Assembly (NCBI GenBank): GCA_964508765.1
Contig: CAZDVD010000005.1
Location: 32,357 to 96,356, forward strand
Length of the DNA stretch: 64,000 bases
Reading direction: 5' to 3'
Origin: an uncultured Lentisphaeria bacterium
Lineage (GTDB): Bacteria > Fidelibacterota > UBA8477 > JABMPR01
Part shown: positions 50,286-60,759 of the stretch, piece after piece
Layout: each line of letters begins with the position of its first letter
Position numbering within the stretch: position 1 is the first letter of the stretch
Program-made: the position numbers and the translations under genes
The notes under the pieces: model-generated
Database searches by the model: none
Told to the model about the DNA's origin: nothing
The model's input: only the letters and a program-made list of their open reading frames with translations

Positions 50286-52565
50286 TCAATTCAGATCCAT
50301 TTCTTCCAATATTTGCTGCGGTTTGACGGGCAGGTGCTTGATGCGAACGCCTACCGCATTATAGATAGCATTGGTTACAGCAGGTGCCGGAGCATTAATG
50401 GGAATCTCAGCCACGGCTTTGGCACCATATGGACCCGTAGGTTCGTGAGATTCTGCAAAACGAACAACCAGTTCAGGCATATCATTTGATGTGTAAATAT
50501 GATAGCTGTTAAAATCCAGATTCGTGAATCGACCCTTATCATCAAAAGGCATAAATTCTGAAAGCGCCATACCCAAAGCCTGAGGTATGGCACCCTCCAC
50601 TTGGCCTTCTGCCATTTTGGGATTGATGATCTGACCGATATCTGTCACAGACACAACCTTGATAACGCGTACTGTCCCTGTGAGTGTGTCCACTTCAACC
50701 TCTGCAAAGCTTGCATTAAAAGGTGGTGGTGAATCATAACTTAAATGAGAAGCGGACCCCATGATCTGGGTTTGTTCCTCGGTGTAAAATGATTTGATAC
50801 AGATATCTGAGAATGATATGGTTTGTCCGTCTGAGCCAACAACCTGGGTATCGATGATTTTTGCATCCTCAATTTGAAGCAGTTTCTTGCCCTGTTCCAG
50901 AATCATAGCTTTGCATGTTTCGGCGGCTTTCTTCACTGCAGTGCCTGAAATATAGGTAGTACTTGAGGCATAGGCTCCCGTGTCAAATGGGGTCATGTCT
51001 GTATCCGAGGAGTAAACGATGATTTTGTCCACAGAAACATTGAGAACTTCAGCTGCAATTTGAGCCAAGGCTGTATCAGATCCTGTCCCCAGATCAGTAG
51101 CACCGATCTGTAAATTAAAACTGGCGTCCTCATTCATTTTAATAAAAGCTGCGCCCATGTCGATACCAGGAATTCCAGAACCCTGTCCGGCAACTGCAAC
51201 CCCAATGCCTCTTCTGAAACGCCCGCTTTGTTCGGCCGATCTAAGTGCATCCCAATTGCTGAGTACCCGACCTTCATTCAGGCAGGCTGCAATCTCAATA
51301 CTATAAAGAACCATGGGGAAGCCTTCTCTACCTTCACCCAAAATCTTGGCTATGGGAACATCATCTCCGACTTTGAAAACATTCTTTAAGCGCAAATCGA
51401 CGGGATCAACACCCAATTCTACAGCCACTTCATCCATGAGACTTTCGAGAGGGAAAAAGGCTTGTGGTGCACCATAGCCACGGTAGGCTCCACCAATGGG
51501 TAAATTTGTATATACAGCATCTCCATTCGCTCGAATATTGGGTGCCTTATACATGCTTAAGGCCTTTTGGGAAGTAACTGACATGACCGTTAATGCGTGT
51601 GGTCCATAAGCACCACAGTCCTCAAGGATGTTGATATCGATGGCCGTGAGGAGATGATTTTCATCAAACCCAAGTCGAATTTTCAGTTGTTCCGGATGTC
51701 GTACACGAGCAGCATAAAGTTCCTCTTCCCGAGTGTATTCAATCCGCGCGGGTCGACCGGTTTTTAAAGTTACTGCGCCAACAATTTCTTCATTAAGAAT
51801 CTCTTGTTTACCACCAAACGCCCCTCCAACTCGAGGTTTGATTACACGGATACGACCGACAGGAATATCCAACACTTCTGCAACAATTCGACGGACATGA
51901 TGAGGTACTTGAGTCGAAGTCCTAATCACCAGACGATTATTATCATCCAGCCAGGTGAGAGAGATATGCGGTTCGATATGAGCCATTTGAACAAAGGGCG
52001 TGCTATAAGTCCCCTCAAAAGCGTGGGCAGAGTCTGCCAAAGCTGCCTCCACATCACCTATTTCCGCATCAAGATGGGCGGCAATGTTTTTTTCAACATC
52101 ATGGATTCCACTGGTGCCCTCAGCCGGATGTATGGCAAATCCTGCTGTCATGGATTGTTGAGCATCAAAAATACAGGGAAGTTCTTCATACTCTACATCA
52201 ATGAGATTAATTGCTTGCTCTGCAATTTCAAGGCTCTCAGCTGCTATAAAAGCTACCCGATCTCCAACAAAACGGACGGTTTGGTCCAGGATGCGCATAT
52301 CACGAGGTCCCGGTTCAGGATACCCTTGTCCCGCTGTGGTATAGTAATGTGGTTTGAAATCTTTATGCGTGAAAACCGAGACAACGCCCTCAAGCGCCTC
52401 TGCCTTCGATACATCGATACTGAGGATATTTGCATGAGCAATTGGGCTGTGTAGAATCTTGACATACAGGACATCTTTCAGCTTCATGTCATCGGTAAAA
52501 ACAGGTTTGCCCCTGACCAGAGCCTGGCCATCTACGCGTTGAGTGTCTTTTCCAATCACTTTCAT
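50286..52565 (-). CDS. xanthine dehydrogenase family molybdopterin-binding subunit (XdhD-like)
   Basis: STQVPH, VGGAFGGK, AYRGYGAPQ, DLGTGS, GQVEGA, GPYGAKAVAE. Confidence 0.93.
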   Translation of the reverse strand: MKVIGKDTQRVDGQALVRGKPVFTDDMKLKDVLYVKILHSPIAHANILSIDVSKAEALEGVVSVFTHKDFKPHYYTTAGQGYPEPGPRDMRILDQTVRFVGDRVAFIAAESLEIAEQAINLIDVEYEELPCIFDAQQSMTAGFAIHPAEGTSGIHDVEKNIAAHLDAEIGDVEAALADSAHAFEGTYSTPFVQMAHIEPHISLTWLDDNNRLVIRTSTQVPHHVRRIVAEVLDIPVGRIRVIKPRVGGAFGGKQEILNEEIVGAVTLKTGRPARIEYTREEELYAARVRHPEQLKIRLGFDENHLLTAIDINILEDCGAYGPHALTVMSVTSQKALSMYKAPNIRANGDAVYTNLPIGGAYRGYGAPQAFFPLESLMDEVAVELGVDPVDLRLKNVFKVGDDVPIAKILGEGREGFPMVLYSIEIAACLNEGRVLSNWDALRSAEQSGRFRRGIGVAVAGQGSGIPGIDMGAAFIKMNEDASFNLQIGATDLGTGSDTALAQIAAEVLNVSVDKIIVYSSDTDMTPFDTGAYASSTTYISGTAVKKAAETCKAMILEQGKKLLQIEDAKIIDTQVVGSDGQTISFSDICIKSFYTEEQTQIMGSASHLSYDSPPPFNASFAEVEVDTLTGTVRVIKVVSVTDIGQIINPKMAEGQVEGAIPQALGMALSEFMPFDDKGRFTNLDFNSYHIYTSNDMPELVVRFAESHEPTGPYGAKAVAEIPINAPAPAVTNAIYNAVGVRIKHLPVKPQQILEEMDLN

Positions 52566-53038
52566 GATTTACCTCCAGCGTTTCGGGAAGCTTTGAGGGT
52601 AGAGAGAGCAGCTTTTACTGGTTTTACATAGCCGGTACAACGGCAAAGGTTTCCATTTAAAGCGTCTCGAACCTGTGCCTCATCAATTTCGGCACCTTCC
52701 CTGTCCAAGGCTTCAAGAGATAGAATCATCCCAGGAGTACAGAAACCACACTGCGCTGCCCCCTCTTTTAAGAAGCTTTTCTGGAGGGGATGTAGCTTTT
52801 CATGAGTAGAAAAACTCTCAAGCGTCTCAATCTTTCGTCCACTTACTGTATGCATGAGGATCAGACAGGCGTTCATACTTTTGCTGTCCACGAGGACAGC
52901 ACAGGCACCACATTCGCCGTGGTCACAGCCATGTTTCACACTGTAAAGCTCCTCTCCACGCAAATATTCCATCAATGTGGTCCCAGGAGCATGGGTAGCC
53001 TCAACAAGATGACCATTTAATTCAAATTGGACTTTCAT
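52562..53038 (-). CDS. xanthine dehydrogenase family 2Fe-2S subunit
   Basis: GCDHGECGAC, QCGFCTPG, GNLCRCTGY; start 53038 by ATGA overlap. Confidence 0.93.
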   Translation of the reverse strand: MKVQFELNGHLVEATHAPGTTLMEYLRGEELYSVKHGCDHGECGACAVLVDSKSMNACLILMHTVSGRKIETLESFSTHEKLHPLQKSFLKEGAAQCGFCTPGMILSLEALDREGAEIDEAQVRDALNGNLCRCTGYVKPVKAALSTLKASRNAGGKS

Positions 53039-53769
53039 TTCACACCTGCCATTTCCTGTAAAAGAGTACAAGCCAGATGACGTTTATAGGCTGGAGTCCC
53101 GAGGTGATCATCGCTAAAACTAGATTCAACTTTATCCATAAATTTTCGGACTTTAGCTTCATCAGGTTCTGGCTTGGTTTCAAAGAATAGGATTCGTGAA
53201 CTCTTACCGCCAACACATACAGAAATGGTATCCTTCATTTCATTGATCCCAACGAGAACGTAGGCTGGTGCTGAATCAAGCAGAGCAACCCGCTCCAGTT
53301 TTACCGCATGCCTGGGGATGATGATTTTGATAATGATTCCTTCACCATTCCAGTCAGACAACTCAATGGGGTTTTTAGAATCGCTTAGGAGTAATTTCGT
53401 TCTTGAAGTGAATAAGAAAATCAGGAGATCAGAATCAGTCCTGGATCTGGCCATTTCTCCACCAATGGTGCGTTGGTTGCGGATATTCTTGGAGGGACAA
53501 GAGGCCTGAATGGCGCTGGTGAGACGTTCATCATTGAAATGAATCATCTCCTGCAAGGTGCAGCCTGCATCAATGTGGATGTCTTCACCATGGGTCTCGA
53601 TCTTATCATTTATAAGATGATTAATATCAAGAAGGGTGCTGATATCATTATCCTTTTGAGCGACCAGATAACTTCCCCCAGCAAAAAGTACAGAGCCTTT
53701 TTCCTTGAGCAGCAAGGATGCTTCACTCAGGGTGTCAGGTTTGATAATTTGTTCAATTGAAGACCACAT
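53035..53769 (-). CDS. molybdenum hydroxylase FAD-binding subunit (YgfM-like)
   Basis: FAGGSYL, IRNQRTIGG, DDHLGTPAYKR. Confidence 0.8.
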   Translation of the reverse strand: MWSSIEQIIKPDTLSEASLLLKEKGSVLFAGGSYLVAQKDNDISTLLDINHLINDKIETHGEDIHIDAGCTLQEMIHFNDERLTSAIQASCPSKNIRNQRTIGGEMARSRTDSDLLIFLFTSRTKLLLSDSKNPIELSDWNGEGIIIKIIIPRHAVKLERVALLDSAPAYVLVGINEMKDTISVCVGGKSSRILFFETKPEPDEAKVRKFMDKVESSFSDDHLGTPAYKRHLACTLLQEMAGVK

Positions 53770-53781
53770 AATTTGACCTAT

Positions 53782-55182
53782 TTATTTATTGATTGATTGA
53801 AAATTTAGTTTGGTGCGTTGCTCAGCTCTTTCAAGCATTTTTGCAGCAAGCCTGTTGTGTTCTGCTATGAGCATAGATTCATCTATTTCTGAATTGCCCT
53901 GCTCCAGAACCACCTTACCCTGAACGATCAGGTAGTCTACAGGTTGATGTCGTGTCGTAAAGATAAGTGCTGCGACTGGATCTGATAGACTTCCTGCCTG
54001 GGCTGGGGCATTCATGTTGAATATAGCCAGATCAGCCTGTTTCCCCACACTGAGTTGTCCAATATCATCACGACCCAGGGCCGCGGCTCCTCCACGGGTA
54101 GCCATTCGCAAAACATCTCTGGCGGTAAGCCAATAATCTTGTTCCCTTAATCGGGAGATAAGCATAGCATTGCGCATCTCCAGGAGCATATCCCCTGAAT
54201 CATTTGAGGCACTGCCATCAACTCCCAGGCTCACATTAACGTTTGCATCAAGGAGTTCTCGAATTCGGGCAATTCCTGATCCCAACCGCATATTCGATGA
54301 CGGACAATGAGATATGCCAACTTGATTTTCACCCATTAACCTGATTTCGGCGTCGTTCACATGTATGGAATGAGCATACCAGGAATTTGGAGTGAGCCAA
54401 TTCAACTCCTGCATGAGGCCAACGGGACGAAAGCCAAAGCTCTCCAGGCAGAAGGCTTCCTCATCCAGTGTTTCAGCGAGGTGAGTATGGATTTGGAGAC
54501 CATTTGCTATGGCATATTCTGCGGTTTGCTTCATCAGCTCTGGCGTTACGGAGAAGGGCGAGCAGGGAGCAAGAGAAATACGGATCATGGATCCATGGGA
54601 TTCGTCATGATATTTTGCCAGCAGACGCTCCGTGTCTTTTTGAATGACGTCTTCGGTCTGGACCACATCATCAGGAGGTAGGCCACCTTTTGATTTGCCC
54701 AGCGACATGGAACCCCGTGTGGGCTGGAATCGAACGCCCAGAGCTTTGGCAGCCTCGATTTCTGTGTCGATCAATTCGGGACTGGCCTTGGATGGGAAGA
54801 GATATAGGTGATCAGTACTGGTAGTCACACCGCTCTTCATCAATTCCAGGAGACCCGTTTGGGTGCTCACGGCAACGGCCTCAGTGGTGAGCTCTCGCCA
54901 GACTTCATAGTGATTGGTCAGCCAGGAGAAAAGCGGTTGATCCTGCATGAGAGGGATATTGCGAGTCAGGGTTTGATATAGGTGATGGTGGGTGTTGATG
55001 AATCCAGGAGTGATGACCATATTCGTGGCATCAATTGTCCGGTCAGCTTGAATATCCAGTGATTCGGGACCAATAGATTTAATGACACCATTTTCTATGA
55101 AGATATGACCACCGGAAAATTCATCACCAGCATCATTCATTGTGGCAACCCGGAGGGGGTTTTTGATTAGGAGTGTTGACAT
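53782..55182 (-). CDS. 8-oxoguanine deaminase-like amidohydrolase
   Basis: PGFINTHHHLYQTLTR, APCSPFSVT, HTHLAETLDE, HCPSSNMRLGSG, LGVDGSASND. Confidence 0.88.
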   Translation of the reverse strand: MSTLLIKNPLRVATMNDAGDEFSGGHIFIENGVIKSIGPESLDIQADRTIDATNMVITPGFINTHHHLYQTLTRNIPLMQDQPLFSWLTNHYEVWRELTTEAVAVSTQTGLLELMKSGVTTSTDHLYLFPSKASPELIDTEIEAAKALGVRFQPTRGSMSLGKSKGGLPPDDVVQTEDVIQKDTERLLAKYHDESHGSMIRISLAPCSPFSVTPELMKQTAEYAIANGLQIHTHLAETLDEEAFCLESFGFRPVGLMQELNWLTPNSWYAHSIHVNDAEIRLMGENQVGISHCPSSNMRLGSGIARIRELLDANVNVSLGVDGSASNDSGDMLLEMRNAMLISRLREQDYWLTARDVLRMATRGGAAALGRDDIGQLSVGKQADLAIFNMNAPAQAGSLSDPVAALIFTTRHQPVDYLIVQGKVVLEQGNSEIDESMLIAEHNRLAAKMLERAEQRTKLNFQSINK

Positions 55183-55188
55183 GAATTA

Positions 55189-58100
55189 TTATCGCTTTTC
55201 CAAAATTGGGTTCGTACTCAAGTTTTCGTACAATACAATCATCGTGAGAGCATCGTTCGTGTTGATACTATCTTCAGACTCCAGATTTGCTGATATTATT
55301 CTTTTTGTCTCCCCGTTGAAAAGAATCTGTCCTTCAATCGATTCAAATAGATAATCATTTGCTTGGACACTCAACTTGCGATGAATCTTCTCATCCTTAT
55401 ATCGTATACCTTCGTTATCTATGATATAGCCAAAGCTGGAATCATTGTAACTCTGCTCAGAGAGGTGTAGCCTGGGTTTATCCTTGTAAGGGTCCCCAGC
55501 AGTGGGGCAGAAGGTGGTACAGTTTCCGCATTCGTTACAGAAGTCCCCAATGTTGAGCACCTGAGGTTCCTGCTTGATGTCCAATCGGCCTGTCACCTTT
55601 AATTCTGGTTTACCATTGACCATTTTCACATCATGAATATCGTAGGACACTGGTTTTACTATGTAAGTCAGATTAGCCAGATTGGGGCAAACCCCCACAC
55701 AGACGCTGCAGTAATCATCACAGAGTAAACATCTTGAGGCTTCTGCAATGGCTTCTTCGTGGGTAAGCGTTCGATGGGCTTCAGGAAACTCCTGTGAAGC
55801 ATCCGGCACAGCCAGGGGAGGATTGATGCCATACTCTCGCAGGGCTGCTTTTTTCTTTAAATCATCAATAGAAATGAGACGAGGGCTGTTTTCTGGTGGA
55901 GTAATCAAACTCGGGATACGCTTGAGAATATGTTTGGCTGCCTTCTGTCCATCTCTAATGGCATTTATGACGCTGGAGGCTCCCCGCACGGCATCGCCGC
56001 CAGCATAAACATGAGGAATAGTTGTTGTACAGGTCTCATAATCCACCTGTAGATCATCCTGGTCAACAAAATCAACACTGATGGTCTGTCCAATGGCTGG
56101 AATCACGGTATCCACGGTGAAATCGAGATACTCACCATTAAGTGGTACTGGTCGGCGGCGACCGCTGGCATCTGGCTCACCCAATTCCATTTTCTGACAA
56201 TGAATCTGTTTTACTTGACCATTTCCCATAAATTTTAATGGAGTTACCAGTTCGTGGAAGGTGATGCCCTCAGCCAGCGCAGCTTCGATTTCATCAATAT
56301 CTGCTGGCATCTCGGACGTGGTCCGCCGATAAATAACGTTTACCTTTGCTAACTCACCTGCCAATCGAAGTGCCGTGCGGGCCGCATCCATGGCCGTGTT
56401 ACCACCCCCGATGATAGCAATGTTCTGACCCAGGTTGGGACGCGCTCCCATTCTGACATCTGCGAGAAATTCTAGCGGATTTAGAATACCAGAGAGCGTT
56501 TCACCTGCGACCCCAAGCAGCAATGCCCTTTGAGCTCCGACACCGATGAAGATATCATCATTTGATTCTTGGATTTGTTTATAGAGTTCGGGACCTACAG
56601 GGCTATCAAAAAGAAATTTGACTCCGAGATTTTTCAACACATCGATATCAAAATTGATGGTTTCGTCACTTAATCTGAATTCAGGAATGGCTCCTGAGAC
56701 CATGCCTCCCACAAAAGATTTACTCTCATACACCTCAACTTTGACACCTTGTCGCGCCAGGAAATAAGCGCAGGAGAGTCCTGCAGGACCGGCACCAATT
56801 ACTGCCACTCTGTGCTTAATGTTCTCAATATCAGACGCTTTGATTTTGGCGATCTCCTGCTCAGTTACAAAGCGTTTGATTTCACGAATCAAGAGGGGTG
56901 AATCATAATTATTTCGAGTGCATTTTAGTTGACATAAATGATCACAGACATTACCGGTCACTCCAGGGAGGGGATTGGTATCCTGAATGGCTTCAAAAGC
57001 CTTATCAAAATTACCCTGAGAAGTGTGGTAGAGATATTCAGGGATGTTTTGATCTGCAGCACAGGCATCCACACAAGGAGCTGATATGCAATCGAAAGCT
57101 CCAAGACTTCGCTTGGTTTTAATGGAATCAAAATGGTGGCTATGCTTGTGATAGTGAGGATTATGAATGACTTGCTGAGCATAATTCTGCAGCGTGTCTA
57201 AACCAGCCTGGTCGATATCCTGAGCATCATGCTTCCCCAGAATGAACTGATTCAGACTCTTGGATTCAGTCTCATCCATAGCTTGTTTTAAATTGTCCAG
57301 GTATTGGCCCAATCGCGTATAACCACCAGGTTTCAACACATCAGTACAGGTGGTTACAGGACGGAGATTACATCTCAGAATATCAGCCACATTGAAAGCA
57401 TCTGCCCCTGCAGAAAAGGAAATATCTAGCTTTCTATTAAAGTCCTTTTGCAGCTTGGCAGCCAGATTGATGCTAATAGGGTGGAGAGCCCGGCCACTGA
57501 GATACATCATGGTTTCATTCTCAGGAAAAACGGATCGGTGGTTTTGCACTTCCAGCGTGTTGGTCAACTTTAGACCAAAATCAACACCCACTTCATCCGC
57601 ATGAGCTTGTAGGTTGTTAATGAGGTTCAGAGCATCTGGATACTTTAAATCGTGGTCAAAGGCCTCATCAGGAACAATAGATGCTTCATAGCCCAGATCT
57701 TGATTTAGGATTTGCCGAAGTTGTTCAGGACCCAACAGGGTAGGGTTCAATTTAACAGCTGTATGATATTTTCGTTCTTTGATGAGGTAAGTCGCGATTC
57801 GCTCGATCTCATCTGGGGGACATCCATGCATGGTGGATAGGGTGATATTGTTTGTCATTCGTGCGGGAATGTCCAAATTTTTTATGTTGGGATAAATAGA
57901 CTCAATCAGATTCAATTTTTCATTAAGCAAACCCTGGCTGTTTTCCATGCCGTCCATGAAATGCTGGACATTGGGCTTCATGATACCTTCAAGATCATAG
58001 CCCACACTCATATTGAAAATCACACCTGCGCCCTGATCTGAATTCCATCCGAGATGGTCTTTCAAAACATGAATAGCTATCCAGGCATTGAGATATTCAT

Positions 58101-58461
58101 CCAGGGATTGCTTCAGCTTGAGCTCCTGAGACCATTCACAGTTATAACCTTCATCCTGCATATCAATACAGGGTTTGCTGACCTCAAGTTCATCCAGAGT
58201 TTGAACCGTCTTGAGTTCCATGTAGCGGGCACCACACAACCAGGCAGCAATGATGTTCTGGGAAAGTTGAGTGTGTGGACCAGCAGCTACACCAATGGGT
58301 GTTTCCAGCAATTGGTCATAACGCTGCATGCGAAAGGGATCAGAAATATCAGGCGTGAAGAATAAATCCTTATGTATCCCAAAGAGCTGATCGCTTTTGA
58401 GTTCGGTCAACATCCACTGGATTAGATGCTGAATGGAAACAGGATAGAATCGGTCATTCAT
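55189..58461 (-). CDS. ygfK: YgfK-like Fe-S flavoprotein oxidoreductase
   Basis: PIGVAAGPHTQLSQNI, DEGYNCEWSQEL, FGLKLTNT, GAGPAGL, GGGNTAMD, CNECGNCTTFCP. Confidence 0.9.
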   Translation of the reverse strand: MNDRFYPVSIQHLIQWMLTELKSDQLFGIHKDLFFTPDISDPFRMQRYDQLLETPIGVAAGPHTQLSQNIIAAWLCGARYMELKTVQTLDELEVSKPCIDMQDEGYNCEWSQELKLKQSLDEYLNAWIAIHVLKDHLGWNSDQGAGVIFNMSVGYDLEGIMKPNVQHFMDGMENSQGLLNEKLNLIESIYPNIKNLDIPARMTNNITLSTMHGCPPDEIERIATYLIKERKYHTAVKLNPTLLGPEQLRQILNQDLGYEASIVPDEAFDHDLKYPDALNLINNLQAHADEVGVDFGLKLTNTLEVQNHRSVFPENETMMYLSGRALHPISINLAAKLQKDFNRKLDISFSAGADAFNVADILRCNLRPVTTCTDVLKPGGYTRLGQYLDNLKQAMDETESKSLNQFILGKHDAQDIDQAGLDTLQNYAQQVIHNPHYHKHSHHFDSIKTKRSLGAFDCISAPCVDACAADQNIPEYLYHTSQGNFDKAFEAIQDTNPLPGVTGNVCDHLCQLKCTRNNYDSPLLIREIKRFVTEQEIAKIKASDIENIKHRVAVIGAGPAGLSCAYFLARQGVKVEVYESKSFVGGMVSGAIPEFRLSDETINFDIDVLKNLGVKFLFDSPVGPELYKQIQESNDDIFIGVGAQRALLLGVAGETLSGILNPLEFLADVRMGARPNLGQNIAIIGGGNTAMDAARTALRLAGELAKVNVIYRRTTSEMPADIDEIEAALAEGITFHELVTPLKFMGNGQVKQIHCQKMELGEPDASGRRRPVPLNGEYLDFTVDTVIPAIGQTISVDFVDQDDLQVDYETCTTTIPHVYAGGDAVRGASSVINAIRDGQKAAKHILKRIPSLITPPENSPRLISIDDLKKKAALREYGINPPLAVPDASQEFPEAHRTLTHEEAIAEASRCLLCDDYCSVCVGVCPNLANLTYIVKPVSYDIHDVKMVNGKPELKVTGRLDIKQEPQVLNIGDFCNECGNCTTFCPTAGDPYKDKPRLHLSEQSYNDSSFGYIIDNEGIRYKDEKIHRKLSVQANDYLFESIEGQILFNGETKRIISANLESEDSINTNDALTMIVLYENLSTNPILEKR

Positions 58462-58469
58462 GCGAAAAG

Positions 58470-59021
58470 TTAATCCTGATAACCATGATTGTGTTTATCA
58501 GAAGCCCACATCAGCAGGTTTTGATCAATATAGTTTCGAACATTATCCAATTCTTTCTCGGTTCGAATAATTCGATCATGAAATCTGGATTGCCAGATAG
58601 AGACACCAGGTGTTTGGCGAAGGATGTTTATGCTTTTAGTTGTAGCGGATTTATATGCTCCCACAATAGTAGATATCGAGCCCGGGATCGGTTTGCCAAA
58701 TTTTTGTTTGGATTGTTTTGGAGCGGCGGGGCGCGCCCCGCCGGTACCAGGAGGAATAATTATTATTCCGTGCAAATGATTTGGCATCACGACAAACCGA
58801 TCAGAAACAATATTTTCCCTGATTTCAAAAGTTTTATGCCATTCAAATTCTGCGATTCTACCAAAATCGTTTAATTCCATAATACCTTTCCTGATGTCGC
58901 CAAACAGCAGATACCTCTTTGCGGTGCAAATGGTAACAAAATAAATACCCTCGCTTGAGTAATCCCAGCCCTCAAGACGTCTTGAGCCACGTATAAATCT
59001 GTCATAGTAAGAGGCATTCAT
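58470..59021 (-). mobile_element. REP-associated tyrosine transposase (RAYT / TnpA-REP, Y1 HUH family)
   Basis: YFVTICT, VVMPNHLHGII (HUH), WQSRFHDRIIR, YIDQN. Confidence 0.9.
58720..58747. repeat. REP palindrome inside the RAYT coding sequence
   Basis: Perfect 20-bp palindrome CGGCGGGGCGCGCCCCGCCG (58724-58743) flanked by GGAG/GTAC. Confidence 0.75.
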
Positions 59022-59839
59022 CTCATCAAAAATTCCATCACCAAATTCACAATAACCCGCTTTCGATAGACAGCAGTAGCTCTGATATCATCTATAGGTG
59101 AAATATCTGCCTCAATCAGCAAGGGCCAGTCTTCAGGCCGGCTGGTTTTATCCAGAATGGTACTGGTTAATTTATCAAGGGTGACAACGGTTGGAGCCAC
59201 CGCTCCACAGGCTATTCTCAGGTGTTGAAAATCCTCACCCCTCTTAGAATATACAAAAGCTAGATTTACTACAGATATAGCCATGGATTGACGTAAACCA
59301 ACTTTCTGAAATGTGGAATTGAAGTGTTGACGTTTCAAGGTAACGGAGACTAAAATCTCACTGGGCTGTAAAGCGGTCTTACCTGGTCCCAGGATGAAAT
59401 CTTGAATGGGAGTTTGTCGTTCACCATCAGGTCCGATCAATGTGAGTGTTGCTTCGAATGCGTAGAGTGCGGGTAACAGATCCCCTGCTGGAGAAGCATT
59501 GACGATGTTTCCTCCAATGGTTCCCCGATGACGAATTTGAGCTCCTGCGAAATCATGAGCTGCCATGTGCAAAGCAGTAAATTCAGACTGGATCAACTGA
59601 TTCTCCTGAATAACCTGAATGCTGGTTAGAGCGCCAATCTGTATTGAATCCTCTTTGATACTTATGTGGTACAGATCAGACAGCTTTTTGAGATCGATGA
59701 GATGATCTGGCATCGGTTTTCCGCGTTCGTAACGAGGCATCAAATCCGTTCCACCTGCCAGCAGGGTTGCGGTCTGATCTGAAAGGCTCGAACTCAGTTC
59801 AATAAATTCTCGGATGGATGTGGGTTGATAAAATTGCAT
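59018..59839 (-). CDS. xanthine dehydrogenase family FAD-binding subunit
   Basis: LLAGGTDL, QIRHRGTIGGNIVNASPAGD, GAVAPT, SPIDDIRATAVYR. Confidence 0.93.
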   Translation of the reverse strand: MQFYQPTSIREFIELSSSLSDQTATLLAGGTDLMPRYERGKPMPDHLIDLKKLSDLYHISIKEDSIQIGALTSIQVIQENQLIQSEFTALHMAAHDFAGAQIRHRGTIGGNIVNASPAGDLLPALYAFEATLTLIGPDGERQTPIQDFILGPGKTALQPSEILVSVTLKRQHFNSTFQKVGLRQSMAISVVNLAFVYSKRGEDFQHLRIACGAVAPTVVTLDKLTSTILDKTSRPEDWPLLIEADISPIDDIRATAVYRKRVIVNLVMEFLMR

Positions 59840-59841
59840 AA

Positions 59842-60258
59842 TTAATTTGCCGCTGAATCACGCGGTTCTACACGGATCCTTTTTCTAGAATTTTCAAAAA
59901 CAAACCGCTTAAAGCTTGGCTTCTGACCAAAATTTATCAACAAACCAACCTCAATATCCGTTGCCTTTAAATAGTTCAGTAGTTGAGCTTCATGCACCGG
60001 GCTGAGTGTTTTAACGGCTTTAAGTTCTAGAATTACTTTGTTGTTTATTACCAAATCAGCTCGAAACAAACCAAGGCTTTGTCCGCGAAAGAAGACGGGT
60101 ATCTCCTTCTGGCATTCAACCATCAAACCAAAATCTTTCAGGACGATTGCCAAGGCTGACTCATAGACTGATTCTAAAAATCCAGAGCCCAACTCATTGT
60201 AAACCTCATAAAAGGCTTTGATTATTTTTTCAGTTATTTCGCTATGCTTTAATTTCAT
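59842..60258 (-). CDS. GxxExxY protein (PD-(D/E)xK nuclease-like)
   Basis: LGSGFLESVYE, FRADL, ILELKAV, HEAQLLNYLKAT, GLLINFG. Confidence 0.93.
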   Translation of the reverse strand: MKLKHSEITEKIIKAFYEVYNELGSGFLESVYESALAIVLKDFGLMVECQKEIPVFFRGQSLGLFRADLVINNKVILELKAVKTLSPVHEAQLLNYLKATDIEVGLLINFGQKPSFKRFVFENSRKRIRVEPRDSAAN

Positions 60259-60289
60259 TTATCCGTGCTCATCAGCGTTTATCGGCGGC
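59849..60289. mobile_element. putative GxxExxY cassette bounded by 29-bp phased inverted repeats
   Basis: Arms 59849-59877 and 60261-60289, 20/29 identity as reverse complements, three ATCnGYG-like units at 10-bp period. Confidence 0.6.
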
Positions 60290-60757
60290 CCCCTCTATCG
60301 CATCCACAATTTTGTGATAGCCAGTACAGCGACAGATGTTCCCAGACAACTCGTATTTGATTTCATCCCGTGTGGGATGAGGGTTGCGCTCCAACAGTTT
60401 TTCCCCGGTGAGAACCATGCCTGGAATGCAATAACCACACTGGACAGCATGGTGGTCTTCGAAAGATTTTTGCATAGCAGTGAGTTCCTGGGTATCAGCC
60501 AGACCCTCAATAGTAATGACATAGCCACCATGAGTTTCCACAGCCAAAATGAGACATGAATTCACAGTCTGCCCATTTAGAATGACCGTGCAGGCTCCAC
60601 ATTCGCCTTCACCGCAGACCTCTTTAGTACCGGTGAGTCTCAGGTCATCTCTTAAGAAATCCAGAAGTCTTAAGTGAGTAGGAACTTCTCGCTGAATCAG
60701 TTCACCATTAATGGTGACTTCGAGTTTGAAAGTATGGGGTTTGTGATGATGTAACAT
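60272..60757 (-). CDS. xanthine dehydrogenase family 2Fe-2S subunit
   Basis: TGTKEVCGEGECGAC, QCGYCIPG, GNICRCTGY. Confidence 0.93.
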   Translation of the reverse strand: MLHHHKPHTFKLEVTINGELIQREVPTHLRLLDFLRDDLRLTGTKEVCGEGECGACTVILNGQTVNSCLILAVETHGGYVITIEGLADTQELTAMQKSFEDHHAVQCGYCIPGMVLTGEKLLERNPHPTRDEIKYELSGNICRCTGYHKIVDAIEGAADKR

Positions 60758-60759
60758 GT

